In this document: in pieces, positions 19,634 to 29,580 of the stretch
Layout of the letters: the number at the start of each line of letters is the position of its first letter
Numbering within the stretch: the stretch's first letter is position 1
Virus record (IMG/VR): IMGVR_UViG_3300025000_000097
Span: 1-63,432 of that record
DNA from: a virus
Taxonomy: Duplodnaviria; Caudoviricetes
Direction: 5' to 3' (one strand)
Length of the DNA: 63,432 bases
Translations under genes and position numbers: made by a program
The notes under the pieces: model-generated
What the model was told of the DNA's origin: nothing
The model's database searches: none
Seen by the model: the letters and a program-made list of their open reading frames with translations, nothing else

Positions 19634-20878
19634 CTACTCACTGACCGACTCGGCAGCTTCAGTGGTTGCACCGGCAGGATCAGCAGCAGGAGCTGGAACA
19701 ACGACAGGGTTTGCCAGCTCGTAGGCAGCAGCAGCTTCAGCAGTGTGGAAGAAGCGATTCTGGGTCTTGACGACAGCCAGCACACCATGGAGACCGCAAT
19801 ACTTGGGGTTCTTCAGGTAGCAGACATAATCGCTGACACGCTTCTTGTCGCAGCCCAACAGAGCGGACATTTCTTCAATGTTCATACCCTTGTCACCAGC
19901 AGCTACCAGAGCAGCACGCAGCTTCTCTTTGTCGCCAGGCGCACGAGCGGGCTTTGCTTCTTTGACCTTGACTACCTTGGTCTCAGCTGCAGCCCACACC
20001 TGTTCAGCTGCGGTGTCAACGGTAGCATCATCAGCGAACTTCTTGATGCGATCGTCAGGTGCTACGATGGAATTGTAGCCGATGAGCAGCTGCTTGATAT
20101 CCAAGGCTTTGAGCGCTTCTGCTGAAGCATACGTGACGGATTCTGCAGGTGCTGCAGATGCAATGGTCTCTTCTGAACCGGCGGCGAACTTACCTACAAA
20201 CTTACCTTTTGCACTTAAAACGAGTAACATGACTGCCTCCTTGGCTCTTTCTGTGAGCCTGATAAATGTGCTGCTGAGAAAATTCTCGGCAGTTTGCGAT
20301 GCGGAATAATCCATCATCGCCCTCCAATGACGACTCTCCCCTGGGGGCAGAATCATCAGGTCGCGCCAGTAACCTGGTGCAATAGTATCATTCAAAACGA
20401 TGATCGCTGTACCGAGGTCAGTGCTTGGAAATCTGATACCAACATGGTTTGCAAAGTCCCGTACGACCTCACACTCTTCTATTCTAAACCACAGCATCCT
20501 TGCACGGAGCTTCATGTCTTTCGGAATGAAGGTGTGATCGGTATCGACCAGCATCCTCCACGTCTCAGCTGCATAACGTCCGCAGCCATCCAACTCAAGG
20601 ACGTCCTCCCACTTAGTTGGACGCTGCTTAAGATAGCCCGCGCTCATTTCGACGATGTACCCGCCTCGCTTCTTCAGCCTGATAGGGGCTATGATGGCCT
20701 CAACATCCTCTGCAGGTGCTTCGGCCATCGCGGCGGCGTTGGGCCACTCGTCAAGCAGTGCATCCAAGATGGGACGCACCTGCTCGACGCGGGTTTGGTT
20801 CAGCAAGATACAGGCTAACAATACCTGCCAAGGATCGTCAAGGTGATCCTCTTGAAGCAGTCGGAAGTGATCTAGCAT
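19634..20878 (-). CDS. HhH-GPD (MBD4-like) DNA glycosylase fused to a wHTH DNA-binding module
   Basis: DPWQVLLACILLNQT, LDGCGRYAAETW, PKDMKL; C-terminal YLKNPKYCG. Confidence 0.8.
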   Translation of the reverse strand: MLDHFRLLQEDHLDDPWQVLLACILLNQTRVEQVRPILDALLDEWPNAAAMAEAPAEDVEAIIAPIRLKKRGGYIVEMSAGYLKQRPTKWEDVLELDGCGRYAAETWRMLVDTDHTFIPKDMKLRARMLWFRIEECEVVRDFANHVGIRFPSTDLGTAIIVLNDTIAPGYWRDLMILPPGESRHWRAMMDYSASQTAENFLSSTFIRLTERAKEAVMLLVLSAKGKFVGKFAAGSEETIASAAPAESVTYASAEALKALDIKQLLIGYNSIVAPDDRIKKFADDATVDTAAEQVWAAAETKVVKVKEAKPARAPGDKEKLRAALVAAGDKGMNIEEMSALLGCDKKRVSDYVCYLKNPKYCGLHGVLAVVKTQNRFFHTAEAAAAYELANPVVVPAPAADPAGATTEAAESVSE

Positions 20879-21405
20879 GCCCCAGTAGCCTCAGATGCCT
20901 TATTGATTGCTAATGCAATCATGGCAGTCTCATGAGTAAAGCTCTCGGAGTTCTTCTCAACATAGGCCTTACCGACCCGAACTATATCCAACGTTCCATC
21001 CTTACCTGAATATTTTGGGTTCTTGAGGCGAGCAAGGTCATCGTGCAGCACTTTGTATGATGCACCCGTTTTTTCGAGAAGTTCCTCGACGGTGAATGCT
21101 GCCTTAGGGTCTGCAAAAAGACGACGCAGGACACTCTTTGTACCACTATGCACGCGGGGTTTCTTAGCATCGGTAGGTTTGGAAGCAGCTACAGCAGGCG
21201 CCTCTACATATTCAGGCAGCACAGCGAAGAGCCTTTTAGCTGCAGCATTCTTATCGGCAAACTTCTTAACTTCAGGGGTATCGGTACCAGTTACGATGGC
21301 ATTGAAGCAGGCAACTGCAGCTGCAATGGGGAGGTCAAGGGCTCTCAGTTCTTCTACGGTCTCGACGATAGTGGACGTTCCGTTGATGGTGATCTGCTTT
21401 TTCAT
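20872..21405 (-). CDS. putative wHTH DNA-binding protein
   Basis: Start MKKQ after AAGGAG; KKFADK motif and LARLKNPKYSG. Confidence 0.75.
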   Translation of the reverse strand: MKKQITINGTSTIVETVEELRALDLPIAAAVACFNAIVTGTDTPEVKKFADKNAAAKRLFAVLPEYVEAPAVAASKPTDAKKPRVHSGTKSVLRRLFADPKAAFTVEELLEKTGASYKVLHDDLARLKNPKYSGKDGTLDIVRVGKAYVEKNSESFTHETAMIALAINKASEATGAC

Positions 21406-21454
21406 GTGGTGCTCCTTCCTGCAATCCTTAGAATGTGTGCTGCTTGATGTTTTA

Positions 21455-21483
21455 AGTATAACACAGCCTGAGATGCTTGTACA
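21455..21483 (-). promoter_or_regulatory. TGTACA-family promoter
   Basis: TGTACA-17-TATACT followed by AAAACATCAAGCAGCA. Confidence 0.75.
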
Positions 21484-21938
21484 CAAAAAATGCACGTAGT
21501 AAATATTTTTTTTCTCTAATACACGGATGCAACGATATCAAGGCTTTAGTCCTCATCAGGCTCCTCCTCACATCGGCTTTCATCAGGGAAATCGCTACGG
21601 TCATGCTCCCAGGATGAATCATTCGCAAGAAAAAAGGGGGGTTTACGGGTCGCTTTGAAGCTCTCAGCAGCAAAGAGGTCATTACGCATCTTCACGAACT
21701 CTTGACTCTCTCTGCTCATGGCTGCACCCCCGCAAATCTTCCGGTGGATTTGAAGACCGTGCCCGGACCTTGATCCCAGTCCATTCGACCAGCATGACCA
21801 GGGCAATATTGCGCTGGAAACGCACGACCATAATATTCACTGTAATATGCATCGGCAAGATGCGTCCCAGCGGTGCATCCACAGTTGCCGCAAATTTCTT
21901 TCAATCGTTGCTCTGCAAGCCTTTCCATGTTAACCTCC

Positions 21939-22337
21939 TCATTCCACGGTACATTCGATCATCCCCTCTGCCACGCCGTCCAACAAAAAGCTCAGGACCT
22001 CGGCGAGTGGCACCGTAACAGTTGGCCAGCGGTTTATGGTTCCTGCACAGATGCAAAGGGTTGTTCTGCCATTATGCACATCTACGATCATGCGCGGTAC
22101 GAAGCCACCATCGATGTGGTAGCTCTCAAAACCTGTAGGCCCGCCTTTGAATGTCAGGATCGTCCTGCCGTCCTGCCGCTGCTCAAGCAGCATGTGCAAA
22201 TCCTTGCACGGCAGTTGCTCAGTCTTACGGTTGTAATAGCCAGCTGGGGTAGTACCATCCCCCCCAGACCAGGCCCCTTTCTCCTGCGTCCAGAGGCTCT
22301 TGATGCGGGTTTCTTTGATAGCAACTATCGGTCTCAT
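21939..22337 (-). CDS. hypothetical protein
   Basis: AGGAGG RBS; 132 aa. Confidence 0.65.
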   Translation of the reverse strand: MRPIVAIKETRIKSLWTQEKGAWSGGDGTTPAGYYNRKTEQLPCKDLHMLLEQRQDGRTILTFKGGPTGFESYHIDGGFVPRMIVDVHNGRTTLCICAGTINRWPTVTVPLAEVLSFLLDGVAEGMIECTVE

Positions 22338-22453
22338 ACAATCCTCCTTTGCACTGCTGGGACGTCAATCCACTTCGGGGGTGCAGACTTCTTCTATCGT
22401 TGGTGACCATGATGTAATCCTCCCTATTTATGTGTGTTGGGTCGCCAAAATGA

Positions 22454-22477
22454 GCCCCCAGGATCGATCCTGGGGGC
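22454..22477 (-). terminator. 24-bp perfect palindrome, probable terminator
   Basis: GCCCCCAGGATCGATCCTGGGGGC followed by CATTTT after the DUF932 gene. Confidence 0.6.
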
Positions 22478-22488
22478 AAGCCTCTCAC

Positions 22489-23481
22489 CTATCCTACCAG
22501 CTCCATGGCCTCGGCCCAGGCGAGCTGCTTACGTCTTGCACCTGCACCCATCATGGCGTTATTGAAGCGGTAGTCTGCATTCTGTGAAGGGCGGTGATGG
22601 TCAATGAACTCGGTGACGGCGTTGACCAGGCCCCATGCAGTTCCAGCCCGTGAGGACTTATCGCTGCCCATAGCACCGCCGTTGAAGAGGTCATATACAT
22701 GTTTCAGCACCTTGAGGTCCTCGACGGCTTCAAGCAGCTGCTCATCGGTAGCGGTCTCGCCTTCCTCGAGCTCCAAGGCCCGCTCCTTGCCGAATACCTT
22801 GAGGATGAACTCGTTGGCCTCACGGTCAGTCACGGTGCGATCAGCAAGCAGCTTGGCTTTATCAGAGAACATCTCGAAGGAGCCTGTAGACTGATTGAGC
22901 TGCAGCAGGATTGCATCCTTGTCAAACTCGCTGCTATGAGGTATGCGGATCATGGCGCCGAACTTGGTGGCCTCGTTGATGGCTCTCTGCAGCATATTCC
23001 AGCAGGTCAAGGCCAGCGTGGTGAAGAACCCCCAATTTGAGGTAGTGGTATCGTAGGAGGTGCCCATGTAGAAGTACCCTTCGATCCGATCGTCACCCTT
23101 GAGGGTCAAGGCCTCACCAGTCTGAGCGACAGTCCAAATGCGCTTGCCGCCGAAGATCGCTCCTGCAGCCTTCATGCGGAAGCCCGCTGCATCTATGAGG
23201 CTCTTGTTGATATCAAGGAGCTCTATAGGCTGCACAACCTGATAGGCAGCACCGACGGTCGATATGCGCTCCATCGTGTCCGTACGGTAGAGGACCTTCT
23301 TCTCAGGTACACCGCGAAGGAGGCCATCAGGTCCCATCCAGAGGTCGGGTGCTTCTGCGATGGTGAAGTCAAGGCCTTTAAGTACAGCAGCCTCCTCGAC
23401 GGAGGTGCCTTCAGGAAGTAGGTTGAGCGGGTTGAACGGTGCAGTGCCGAGAAGTCGTGAGTTGCGGATAATTGATGCCAT
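22489..23481 (-). CDS. DUF932-family protein
   Basis: LYRTDT...YQVVQP...GGKRIW...TSYD...CWN...GTAWGLVNAVTEFIDH. Confidence 0.88.
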   Translation of the reverse strand: MASIIRNSRLLGTAPFNPLNLLPEGTSVEEAAVLKGLDFTIAEAPDLWMGPDGLLRGVPEKKVLYRTDTMERISTVGAAYQVVQPIELLDINKSLIDAAGFRMKAAGAIFGGKRIWTVAQTGEALTLKGDDRIEGYFYMGTSYDTTTSNWGFFTTLALTCWNMLQRAINEATKFGAMIRIPHSSEFDKDAILLQLNQSTGSFEMFSDKAKLLADRTVTDREANEFILKVFGKERALELEEGETATDEQLLEAVEDLKVLKHVYDLFNGGAMGSDKSSRAGTAWGLVNAVTEFIDHHRPSQNADYRFNNAMMGAGARRKQLAWAEAMELVG

Positions 23482-23537
23482 GATATTGCCTCCTATAATC
23501 ATTGTGGTAAGGGGTCCCGAAAGACCCTGCTTTAGGC

Positions 23538-23933
23538 CTACTTCTTGGTCTTCGACAGCTTGGTCACGCGCTTCTTGGTAAGGTCAAGCTCATGCCAGAG
23601 AGCATCCGATTCCTTGGTCATTTCGGTTCCATCAGAGCAGGTCCAAATTGTAATCTGCTGTGGGAAAGGATAAATCTGTTGAACTATGGCGCCGCTAGAT
23701 ATAAGTTTTGCCCCGTTTCTCACTGCTGGCTTGCGATCTTTCTTTGCCGCTTCCACGCAGCACTTGCAGGGCTGAATCATCGCGCCTGCATCAACAACTT
23801 CCTGCTCAGTCAGCCTAACAGTTTCACCGCCACGCTTTAAGATGGAACAATCCAGGCTATGATGATAGCTTACTGGCTGTTTCTTAAGCATCTTAGTTAA
23901 ACTATTCTCGGTGATGTAAAATGGTTTGTTCAT
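23538..23933 (-). CDS. hypothetical protein
   Basis: ATAGGAG RBS; H...C...PCKCC. Confidence 0.65.
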   Translation of the reverse strand: MNKPFYITENSLTKMLKKQPVSYHHSLDCSILKRGGETVRLTEQEVVDAGAMIQPCKCCVEAAKKDRKPAVRNGAKLISSGAIVQQIYPFPQQITIWTCSDGTEMTKESDALWHELDLTKKRVTKLSKTKK

Positions 23934-23977
23934 GCAAAGCTCCTATAATCCTTAGTTTGTTGCTGCTTGATGTTTTG

Positions 23978-24006
23978 ACTATAACGTGGTCATTCGGAAA
24001 AGTACA
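23978..24006 (-). promoter_or_regulatory. TGTACA-family promoter
   Basis: TGTACT-17-TATAGT followed by AAAACATCAAGCAGCA. Confidence 0.75.
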
Positions 24007-24009
24007 CGT

Positions 24010-24687
24010 TTATTTTTTGATGCCGTCATAATAATAATAGTCGCCCATCTTGGTGATCTTGATGGCGCCCTTGGAGCCAGCATACTTCGCATTGCCAAGG
24101 TAACAGATGTAGTCGGACAGACGCTTCTTATCAATACCGAGGTCGGTGCAAAGGTTCGGGATGTAGAGGCCATCAGTCTCGGGGCTGGCGGCTGCAGCAA
24201 TAAGCATGTGGCGCAGCTTTTCTTTGACGCCTAAGGTCGGAAGGATGGCTTCATTGAATGCCTCTTCGACAGCCAGTTGCTCAATAGGGATGATCGAATC
24301 GGATGGGGTAGGCGTTGCTATAGGCTCGATGGGCTTTTCATCTACAATGGTCTCAGGTATCGTGAGCGTATGAAGCAGCGGGGCGATAGCAGACTCAGGG
24401 GCCATGATAAGCACCTTCCAAGAATAGGCCTTAAAGCTGATAGAAAGCTGCACCTTGCAACCATCCAGTATGAATTGGAAACCGAATGGACTTTTTGTAG
24501 CCTTGATGAACTTCATCTCGTAGGAAGCATCAGCCAGCTTATTGAAGGTATCCTCAAGAACCTTAGAATAATCTGCAAAGTCCTCGTATTCCTTCTCGTC
24601 CTGCCAGCGAGAATACAATGCGCCCATCTGCTTCTCCATGGCCACAAAGACTTCCTTAATTACCGCTACGCGTTGAACCTTGTTCAT
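24010..24687 (-). CDS. hypothetical protein with C-terminal wHTH
   Basis: RWQDEKEYEDF N-terminal domain; LSDYICYLGNAKYAG. Confidence 0.7.
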   Translation of the reverse strand: MNKVQRVAVIKEVFVAMEKQMGALYSRWQDEKEYEDFADYSKVLEDTFNKLADASYEMKFIKATKSPFGFQFILDGCKVQLSISFKAYSWKVLIMAPESAIAPLLHTLTIPETIVDEKPIEPIATPTPSDSIIPIEQLAVEEAFNEAILPTLGVKEKLRHMLIAAAASPETDGLYIPNLCTDLGIDKKRLSDYICYLGNAKYAGSKGAIKITKMGDYYYYDGIKK

Positions 24688-24698
24688 GCTGTCCTCCA

Positions 24699-24773
24699 TA
24701 TAATCCTTGGGTTGTTGCTGCTTGATGTTTTAACTATACCGCAGTCATTTCTGAATGTACACATTTATTTTGC
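24699..24773 (-). repeat. 75-bp promoter/leader cassette; inverted copy at 56566-56640
   Basis: 73/75 identity; contains TGTACA-17-TATAGT. Confidence 0.9.
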
Positions 24774-24789
24774 ATGTGCTGCATTTTTT

Positions 24790-26227
24790 TCAAAACTCGT
24801 AATAGCACCTCGTGGCAGGTTCGATAATATGCAGTGATTGCTTGGCTCGGGTGGCCCCTACGTAAAAGACCCTATGTTCGCAGTCATTGTCCTGCTGATA
24901 ACCCTCGTACGTCTTGGGGCTCATATCGGTCATTAGCAGCACGTTATCCGCCTCCCCACCCTTGACGCCATGGATGGTCGAGATGTTTATTCTGGGTGTC
25001 TTGGTGATGCTCTCACCTCGCCGCAGCATACTTATATAGTACTCACGATCATCGTATGATATACCTGTCAGAGCTTCATGCCAAATCTGGTTGCCCCAGG
25101 GCTTGCCCCGTAGCTGTTTCGGTAGAAAGGTTTCTACCAAGGTGCGCTCCTCTTGCGTAATGGCTTTACCCTTACGATGATCCTCCCACCAACGGATGGC
25201 CTTCTGATGGTTTATGGTTACAGCAGGAGCACCTCTGAACGTATACGGTATTCCCTCATTGCGTACGATCTTAACCAATGACTGCAACAGGTGAATGTTC
25301 CTAGCAAGCAGCAACCAGGTACCAGCGCCCAAGTCAACGTCGTCTGGCTGCCGATGCCACTCAACCAAGCCCGCTTCATCCTTCGCCTGGAATGGCTTAT
25401 CAAACCGCCTACTGATCTGCGAGGTGATCCCTACGGCCAGATCATGAACGCTCCTGGGGATACGCCAGGATTGATCCAGGATGATCCTCTTACCCTTGAG
25501 CCCGAGCACGTGGTCGATATCTGCCCCAGACCATTGGAATATGCCTTGATCGTCATCTGCCCCGATGTAGACCCGTTGCGCGTTGCAGAAGGCTCGCCGC
25601 GCGAACTCCCACTGCAACGTGCTTAGGTCTTGTGCTTCATCTATTATAACGACGTCGACGTCTGCTGTAGCATCAGCAGCCTCGAGCATGTCGGAGAAGT
25701 CGATTAGGTTCTTGACCTTCTTGTATTCTTTGAGGGTAGCTATGAAACGTCTGAACTCATACCAGTCCAGCTCCTCATTGCCCATGATATCCCAGACAGC
25801 CTCTGCTGTCATGCACCGTGATCTTGCCAGCCCATCGAGGAAAGTGTAGCGGTCGCCGAGGAAACGGCTGGAAGGGATGCCCTCTTCGGCATCGAAGCGG
25901 GTGGAGAACTCTACACCAAGCATGTCACCGAGCTCATGATAATTCTTTGACTGGATTACCTCATCACGCCGCACGCCCAGAATGCGAAAAGCCAGCGAGT
26001 GCAGCGTTCTGAAGTGGATGAGGTTTTGCTTTGAGAGTCTAAATTCTGTCATGACCCGCTCCATTGCCTCTTCCACTGCCTTCTTGGTGAATGACACGAA
26101 AGCAACGCGCTCAGGAGCGACACCGCGGGCTATTTCCTGCTTGATGATCGAAATGAGCTTCGTAGTTTTACCTGTACTCAATTCAGCCCGGCGGGCCAAG
26201 TATCAGTGTCTGCTCTTGCTCACTCAT
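24790..26227 (-). CDS. UvrD/Rep-like SF1 helicase interrupted by a 10-nt gap (26176-26185) in Walker A
   Basis: MSEQEQTLILGPPG-[TGAATTGAGT]-TGKTT; FRTLHSL, IIDEAQD, DDDQ, QSWR, STIHGVKGGEAD, FYVGATRAK. Confidence 0.85.
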
Positions 26228-26637
26228 ACTTTAGCCCGCCGGATTCCTGTGTCACTCCATTGCTGCAACATGTGATACCTCGCATGCTCTGATTGATTAG
26301 GGAACACCTTAATATTATCAGGCGCAAAATTAGTGCGATCATTATCTTCATGATGCACTACCTCATCTGGAAGTAATTCTCTTCCTAATAACTGCACCGC
26401 TATTACTCGGTGTGCATGTTGTTGATGTAATTTAGGATAGTGCTTTGCTGTCCCAGTGCCTCTTAACTTTTCTCCGGTATTATGCTGCCCACGTCGAGAC
26501 TGCTCTTCACTTGTTAAGGTCCGCACATTATGACCACTAATAAAACGCATTATTTGACCAGCAACTTGATTGCGATAAGTTCTAGTCTTCTTAGCAATGG
26601 GTGCTGGTTTACCGCAACCACATTCACAAAGTTTCAT
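26224..26637 (-). CDS. free-standing HNH homing endonuclease
   Basis: CECGCG, FISGHN, HRVIA...LGRELLPDEVVHHEDNDRTN..PDN...EHARYH; stop overlaps the helicase ATG. Confidence 0.9.
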   Translation of the reverse strand: MKLCECGCGKPAPIAKKTRTYRNQVAGQIMRFISGHNVRTLTSEEQSRRGQHNTGEKLRGTGTAKHYPKLHQQHAHRVIAVQLLGRELLPDEVVHHEDNDRTNFAPDNIKVFPNQSEHARYHMLQQWSDTGIRRAKV

Positions 26638-26834
26638 AGGCAGTATTTCTCCCATATTCTGATGATGCGCACAATTTGCCCAAGGGAATAACCTCTGTTG
26701 CCCACCCGCTCCATCATGTCAGAAATGAAGTCGAGCTCCCAATCGATCACATCGTTGTCCTTGATGTAGGCATCTATCTCCTTGACTAGCTCCCATGTGC
26801 GTGCATTATTGTGCTTACTTACGGGCATCGCCAT
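26634..26834 (-). CDS. hypothetical protein
   Basis: WELDFISDM...Q.....IWEK motif. Confidence 0.6.
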   Translation of the reverse strand: MAMPVSKHNNARTWELVKEIDAYIKDNDVIDWELDFISDMMERVGNRGYSLGQIVRIIRIWEKYCL

Positions 26835-27045
26835 CGGGTGCCTCCATCTTCCAGTACTGCTTTATCGCCTGCTGCTCGTACTGAAGCAAACAGGCCAGCT
26901 GCAGAATGAGCAGCACGCCGCCGAGCTGATAGACAGCGCGCCAGGTATCGGGCACACCGCCGACGGTAAAGAAGATAAAGAGAAACATGAGCATATATGG
27001 GAGCAGCTTGTATAGGCTGAACTGTATCTTTAACAATGTACTCAT
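26815..27045 (-). CDS. small membrane protein
   Basis: Two hydrophobic segments; coupled to the primase stop. Confidence 0.6.
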   Translation of the reverse strand: MSTLLKIQFSLYKLLPYMLMFLFIFFTVGGVPDTWRAVYQLGGVLLILQLACLLQYEQQAIKQYWKMEAPDGDARK

Positions 27046-28607
27046 TAGAAAGCCTCCGTATTAGTCATAGTTGGTTGAATAAAGTCCTCAGTCTGCCGTG
27101 CGAACTGATCTATTGACCAGCAACCAATGCAGCGTCCTTTAATCATCGGTTTATGATGCTTAGCACCTTTTCGGCGTAGGATAGCCCAGAGGGCCTTCTC
27201 CTTGAACTCTCTGAAGTGCTGCTGATCCAGGTATTTCATTAAATCCTTGCTGCGGAAATACGTTCGGCCCTCATCGGTCCATGGCTTGCCAAGCAGGAGC
27301 TCCTCTTGAGCCTTGGCCTGAACCTTGCCGGTGCAGAACTGCTCGATATGTAGGAAGAGTTGTCCTTCAGGCCCTGCATCGGGTGGGAGCTCTATGATAT
27401 CCTGCTCAGATAGCAGGTCGTTTATCATGTCTACCCACCGAGGCTCCTTTATTGGCAGCACCATCCGGTGGAACTTCTTAAGATACTCCCGTAGAAATTT
27501 CTGCTGGTCACGGATCATGTCAACGGACACATCAAACATCTTGCCTGCAATCTTGAACACCCACTGTGGTTCATCATCGCTGCCTTCTGGTGGTACATAG
27601 CACTTCACAGGACGATCCACGTCGTCCAGGATGCAAGGCCCATTTCCCTTGGCCTCCTTGTCAGGGGCAATACCGAAGGGCCGTTTGAAGCACTCTTTCT
27701 TGTTACAAACACCACAGATAGGTTGATCGTTGCACTTGTAAACGTAAGTTTGTTTCTTGGTCAGGCTCCTGATGATACCTTGCACTTCTGCATATGTACC
27801 GGGACCCATGAAGCGGTTGTTGTAGTCAAATATTTTCTCTTCCCACTCTTCTGGGAACTTACGCTTAGCATATACGCCCATGCTAAACAGGGCACTATTC
27901 TTGTTATCGGTGAAGCCTACATTGGCCAGATGTTGAAGACATGGGGGGGCATCAGCAAACTCATCTGATGCAGCCGTATTAGGCTTAATCTTTACGAGCT
28001 CAGAGCTGCTCACCGCCTTTGACTTCGCAAAGGCTATGAACTCATCAACAGGAACAGCTTTACCCGCACGAAATGCATAGCGGACAGTAAGGAGCGCCTT
28101 CTGATAAGGCATGTTGATCCAATTACCAAAGTCCTTCTCACTCTCTATCTTGTCCTGCTTTGGAAATATCTCGCTATTGACGAACCCCAATGCGAGCTCA
28201 AACTCAAGCAGCTTCTTGCGGACTATATTTGCCCGCGTAGGCTCGGTCATGAATAGGTATAGGTGACAACCACCGGACTTAGTGCGGCAGACAACCAGCG
28301 GCAACCCTAGCTTCTCAACCTTACGCTCCATCCCAACATGATCGAAGGCATCATAAAAGTCAAGGTCCAAAGCACCCCAGGAACACGTACCATCCTCACG
28401 GATAGGCGTTATCCCGATACCAATCTCGCCGGATAGGTGCTTCATCCAGAGCTCTTTGGTAATAGGCTTTGCGAGTGTTGCAGCCTTACCCTTCAGCTTA
28501 CCATTCTCATCAGGAGCTGTCCCTGGGGGGACTCTGTACTCACCATGCACCCTATCCAGTCCGGAAAACAGAGCCATAAATTCTGCTGCTAAAACGTCAA
28601 CCGTCAT
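27045..28607 (-). CDS. AEP-type DNA primase
   Basis: GALDLD, RTKSGGCHLYLF, EIFPKQ, GNWINMPY, PPCL, Cys cluster. Confidence 0.85.
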   Translation of the reverse strand: MTVDVLAAEFMALFSGLDRVHGEYRVPPGTAPDENGKLKGKAATLAKPITKELWMKHLSGEIGIGITPIREDGTCSWGALDLDFYDAFDHVGMERKVEKLGLPLVVCRTKSGGCHLYLFMTEPTRANIVRKKLLEFELALGFVNSEIFPKQDKIESEKDFGNWINMPYQKALLTVRYAFRAGKAVPVDEFIAFAKSKAVSSSELVKIKPNTAASDEFADAPPCLQHLANVGFTDNKNSALFSMGVYAKRKFPEEWEEKIFDYNNRFMGPGTYAEVQGIIRSLTKKQTYVYKCNDQPICGVCNKKECFKRPFGIAPDKEAKGNGPCILDDVDRPVKCYVPPEGSDDEPQWVFKIAGKMFDVSVDMIRDQQKFLREYLKKFHRMVLPIKEPRWVDMINDLLSEQDIIELPPDAGPEGQLFLHIEQFCTGKVQAKAQEELLLGKPWTDEGRTYFRSKDLMKYLDQQHFREFKEKALWAILRRKGAKHHKPMIKGRCIGCWSIDQFARQTEDFIQPTMTNTEAF

Positions 28608-28646
28608 TCAGTCCCCCTCATAGCATCGATCTTTGGCAAAAATATA

Positions 28647-28676
28647 CCCCGCTACCGAGCGAACTCAGTAGCGGGG
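28647..28676 (-). terminator. intrinsic terminator
   Basis: CCCCGCTAC...GTAGCGGGG followed by TATATTTTT. Confidence 0.65.
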
Positions 28677-28686
28677 AGCATGCTAT

Positions 28687-29517
28687 TTAGAAGGGGACGT
28701 CTACATCATCAGCAGGTTTTGCTTTGCCAGACTTCACCATGGCCCTGAACTCTTGCGCTGTGGTGAAGACGTTCTCAACGTTCTGGAAGAGCTCCATCTT
28801 GGCTGCATCCTCAATACCACAGACATGCGTGATCTGCAGTCCGTAGTAATCGAACTGATCCTTTTTCTCTGGGACGGTGGTCAGGCGGTATACGTGCGTG
28901 TAGCTCGCATCAGGCCGCGGTTGGAGTGGATTCCGCTTCATGGCACCCATGTTGCTCATGAAGCGCTTGCTCTTCTTGATCTGCGTGGACGTCATCGACA
29001 GCACTACTGCCATCGGTACAAGCGTGTCAGGGTCTATCACCAGACCATAATGCTCACGAACATCCTGGATGATGTGGTTGTTGGGCAGGCGATCATTGCC
29101 ATCAGCATCACGGGTACACTGACTGAGAAGGTCCATCCCTGCTGCAACGTCATGCTGTGCGATCAGCCCGCCACCCTCATCAAGCGTACCTGCCCACTCG
29201 AGGAACTTCTGAACGAAGTGCACCGGGATAAACAGAACGCCATTCGTACCGTCATACACGCCGTTGCTGACCGTGTTGAAGAAGTTGCCCTCGATAGCGC
29301 CCTCGACGTACTCGGGATTCGCTCTCTTGCACTGCTTGCTCATGGACTGGAGCACCTTGAAGAACGGAATGGCATATGCTGAAGCGCCAGCATCCTCGAA
29401 GCCCTCTCCGGCCAGCCCCTCAAACATCTCAACCATTGCCAATGCGCCCGCTGCTTCGGTTACAGCTACACTTGTTGTCTCATCCTTCGTCTCTGTTCCT
29501 TTTGCTTTCGTCGTCAT
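28687..29517 (-). CDS. putative single-stranded DNA-binding protein
   Basis: IPFFKVLQSMS...STQIKKS; acidic C-terminal DVDVPF tail; replication context. Confidence 0.65.
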   Translation of the reverse strand: MTTKAKGTETKDETTSVAVTEAAGALAMVEMFEGLAGEGFEDAGASAYAIPFFKVLQSMSKQCKRANPEYVEGAIEGNFFNTVSNGVYDGTNGVLFIPVHFVQKFLEWAGTLDEGGGLIAQHDVAAGMDLLSQCTRDADGNDRLPNNHIIQDVREHYGLVIDPDTLVPMAVVLSMTSTQIKKSKRFMSNMGAMKRNPLQPRPDASYTHVYRLTTVPEKKDQFDYYGLQITHVCGIEDAAKMELFQNVENVFTTAQEFRAMVKSGKAKPADDVDVPF

Positions 29518-29580
29518 GTCTTGCTCCTTCTGCTTTAGTGCACCCCTTGGGGTGTTAACGGTCGGGAAGTCCCGCCGAAG

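Noticed and set aside
24790-26199. ORF-track TTG start of the helicase (MARRAELSTGKTT)
   Set aside because: It has no RBS and loses the beta-strand and GPPG that are encoded just upstream in another frame; kept only as an alternative hypothesis
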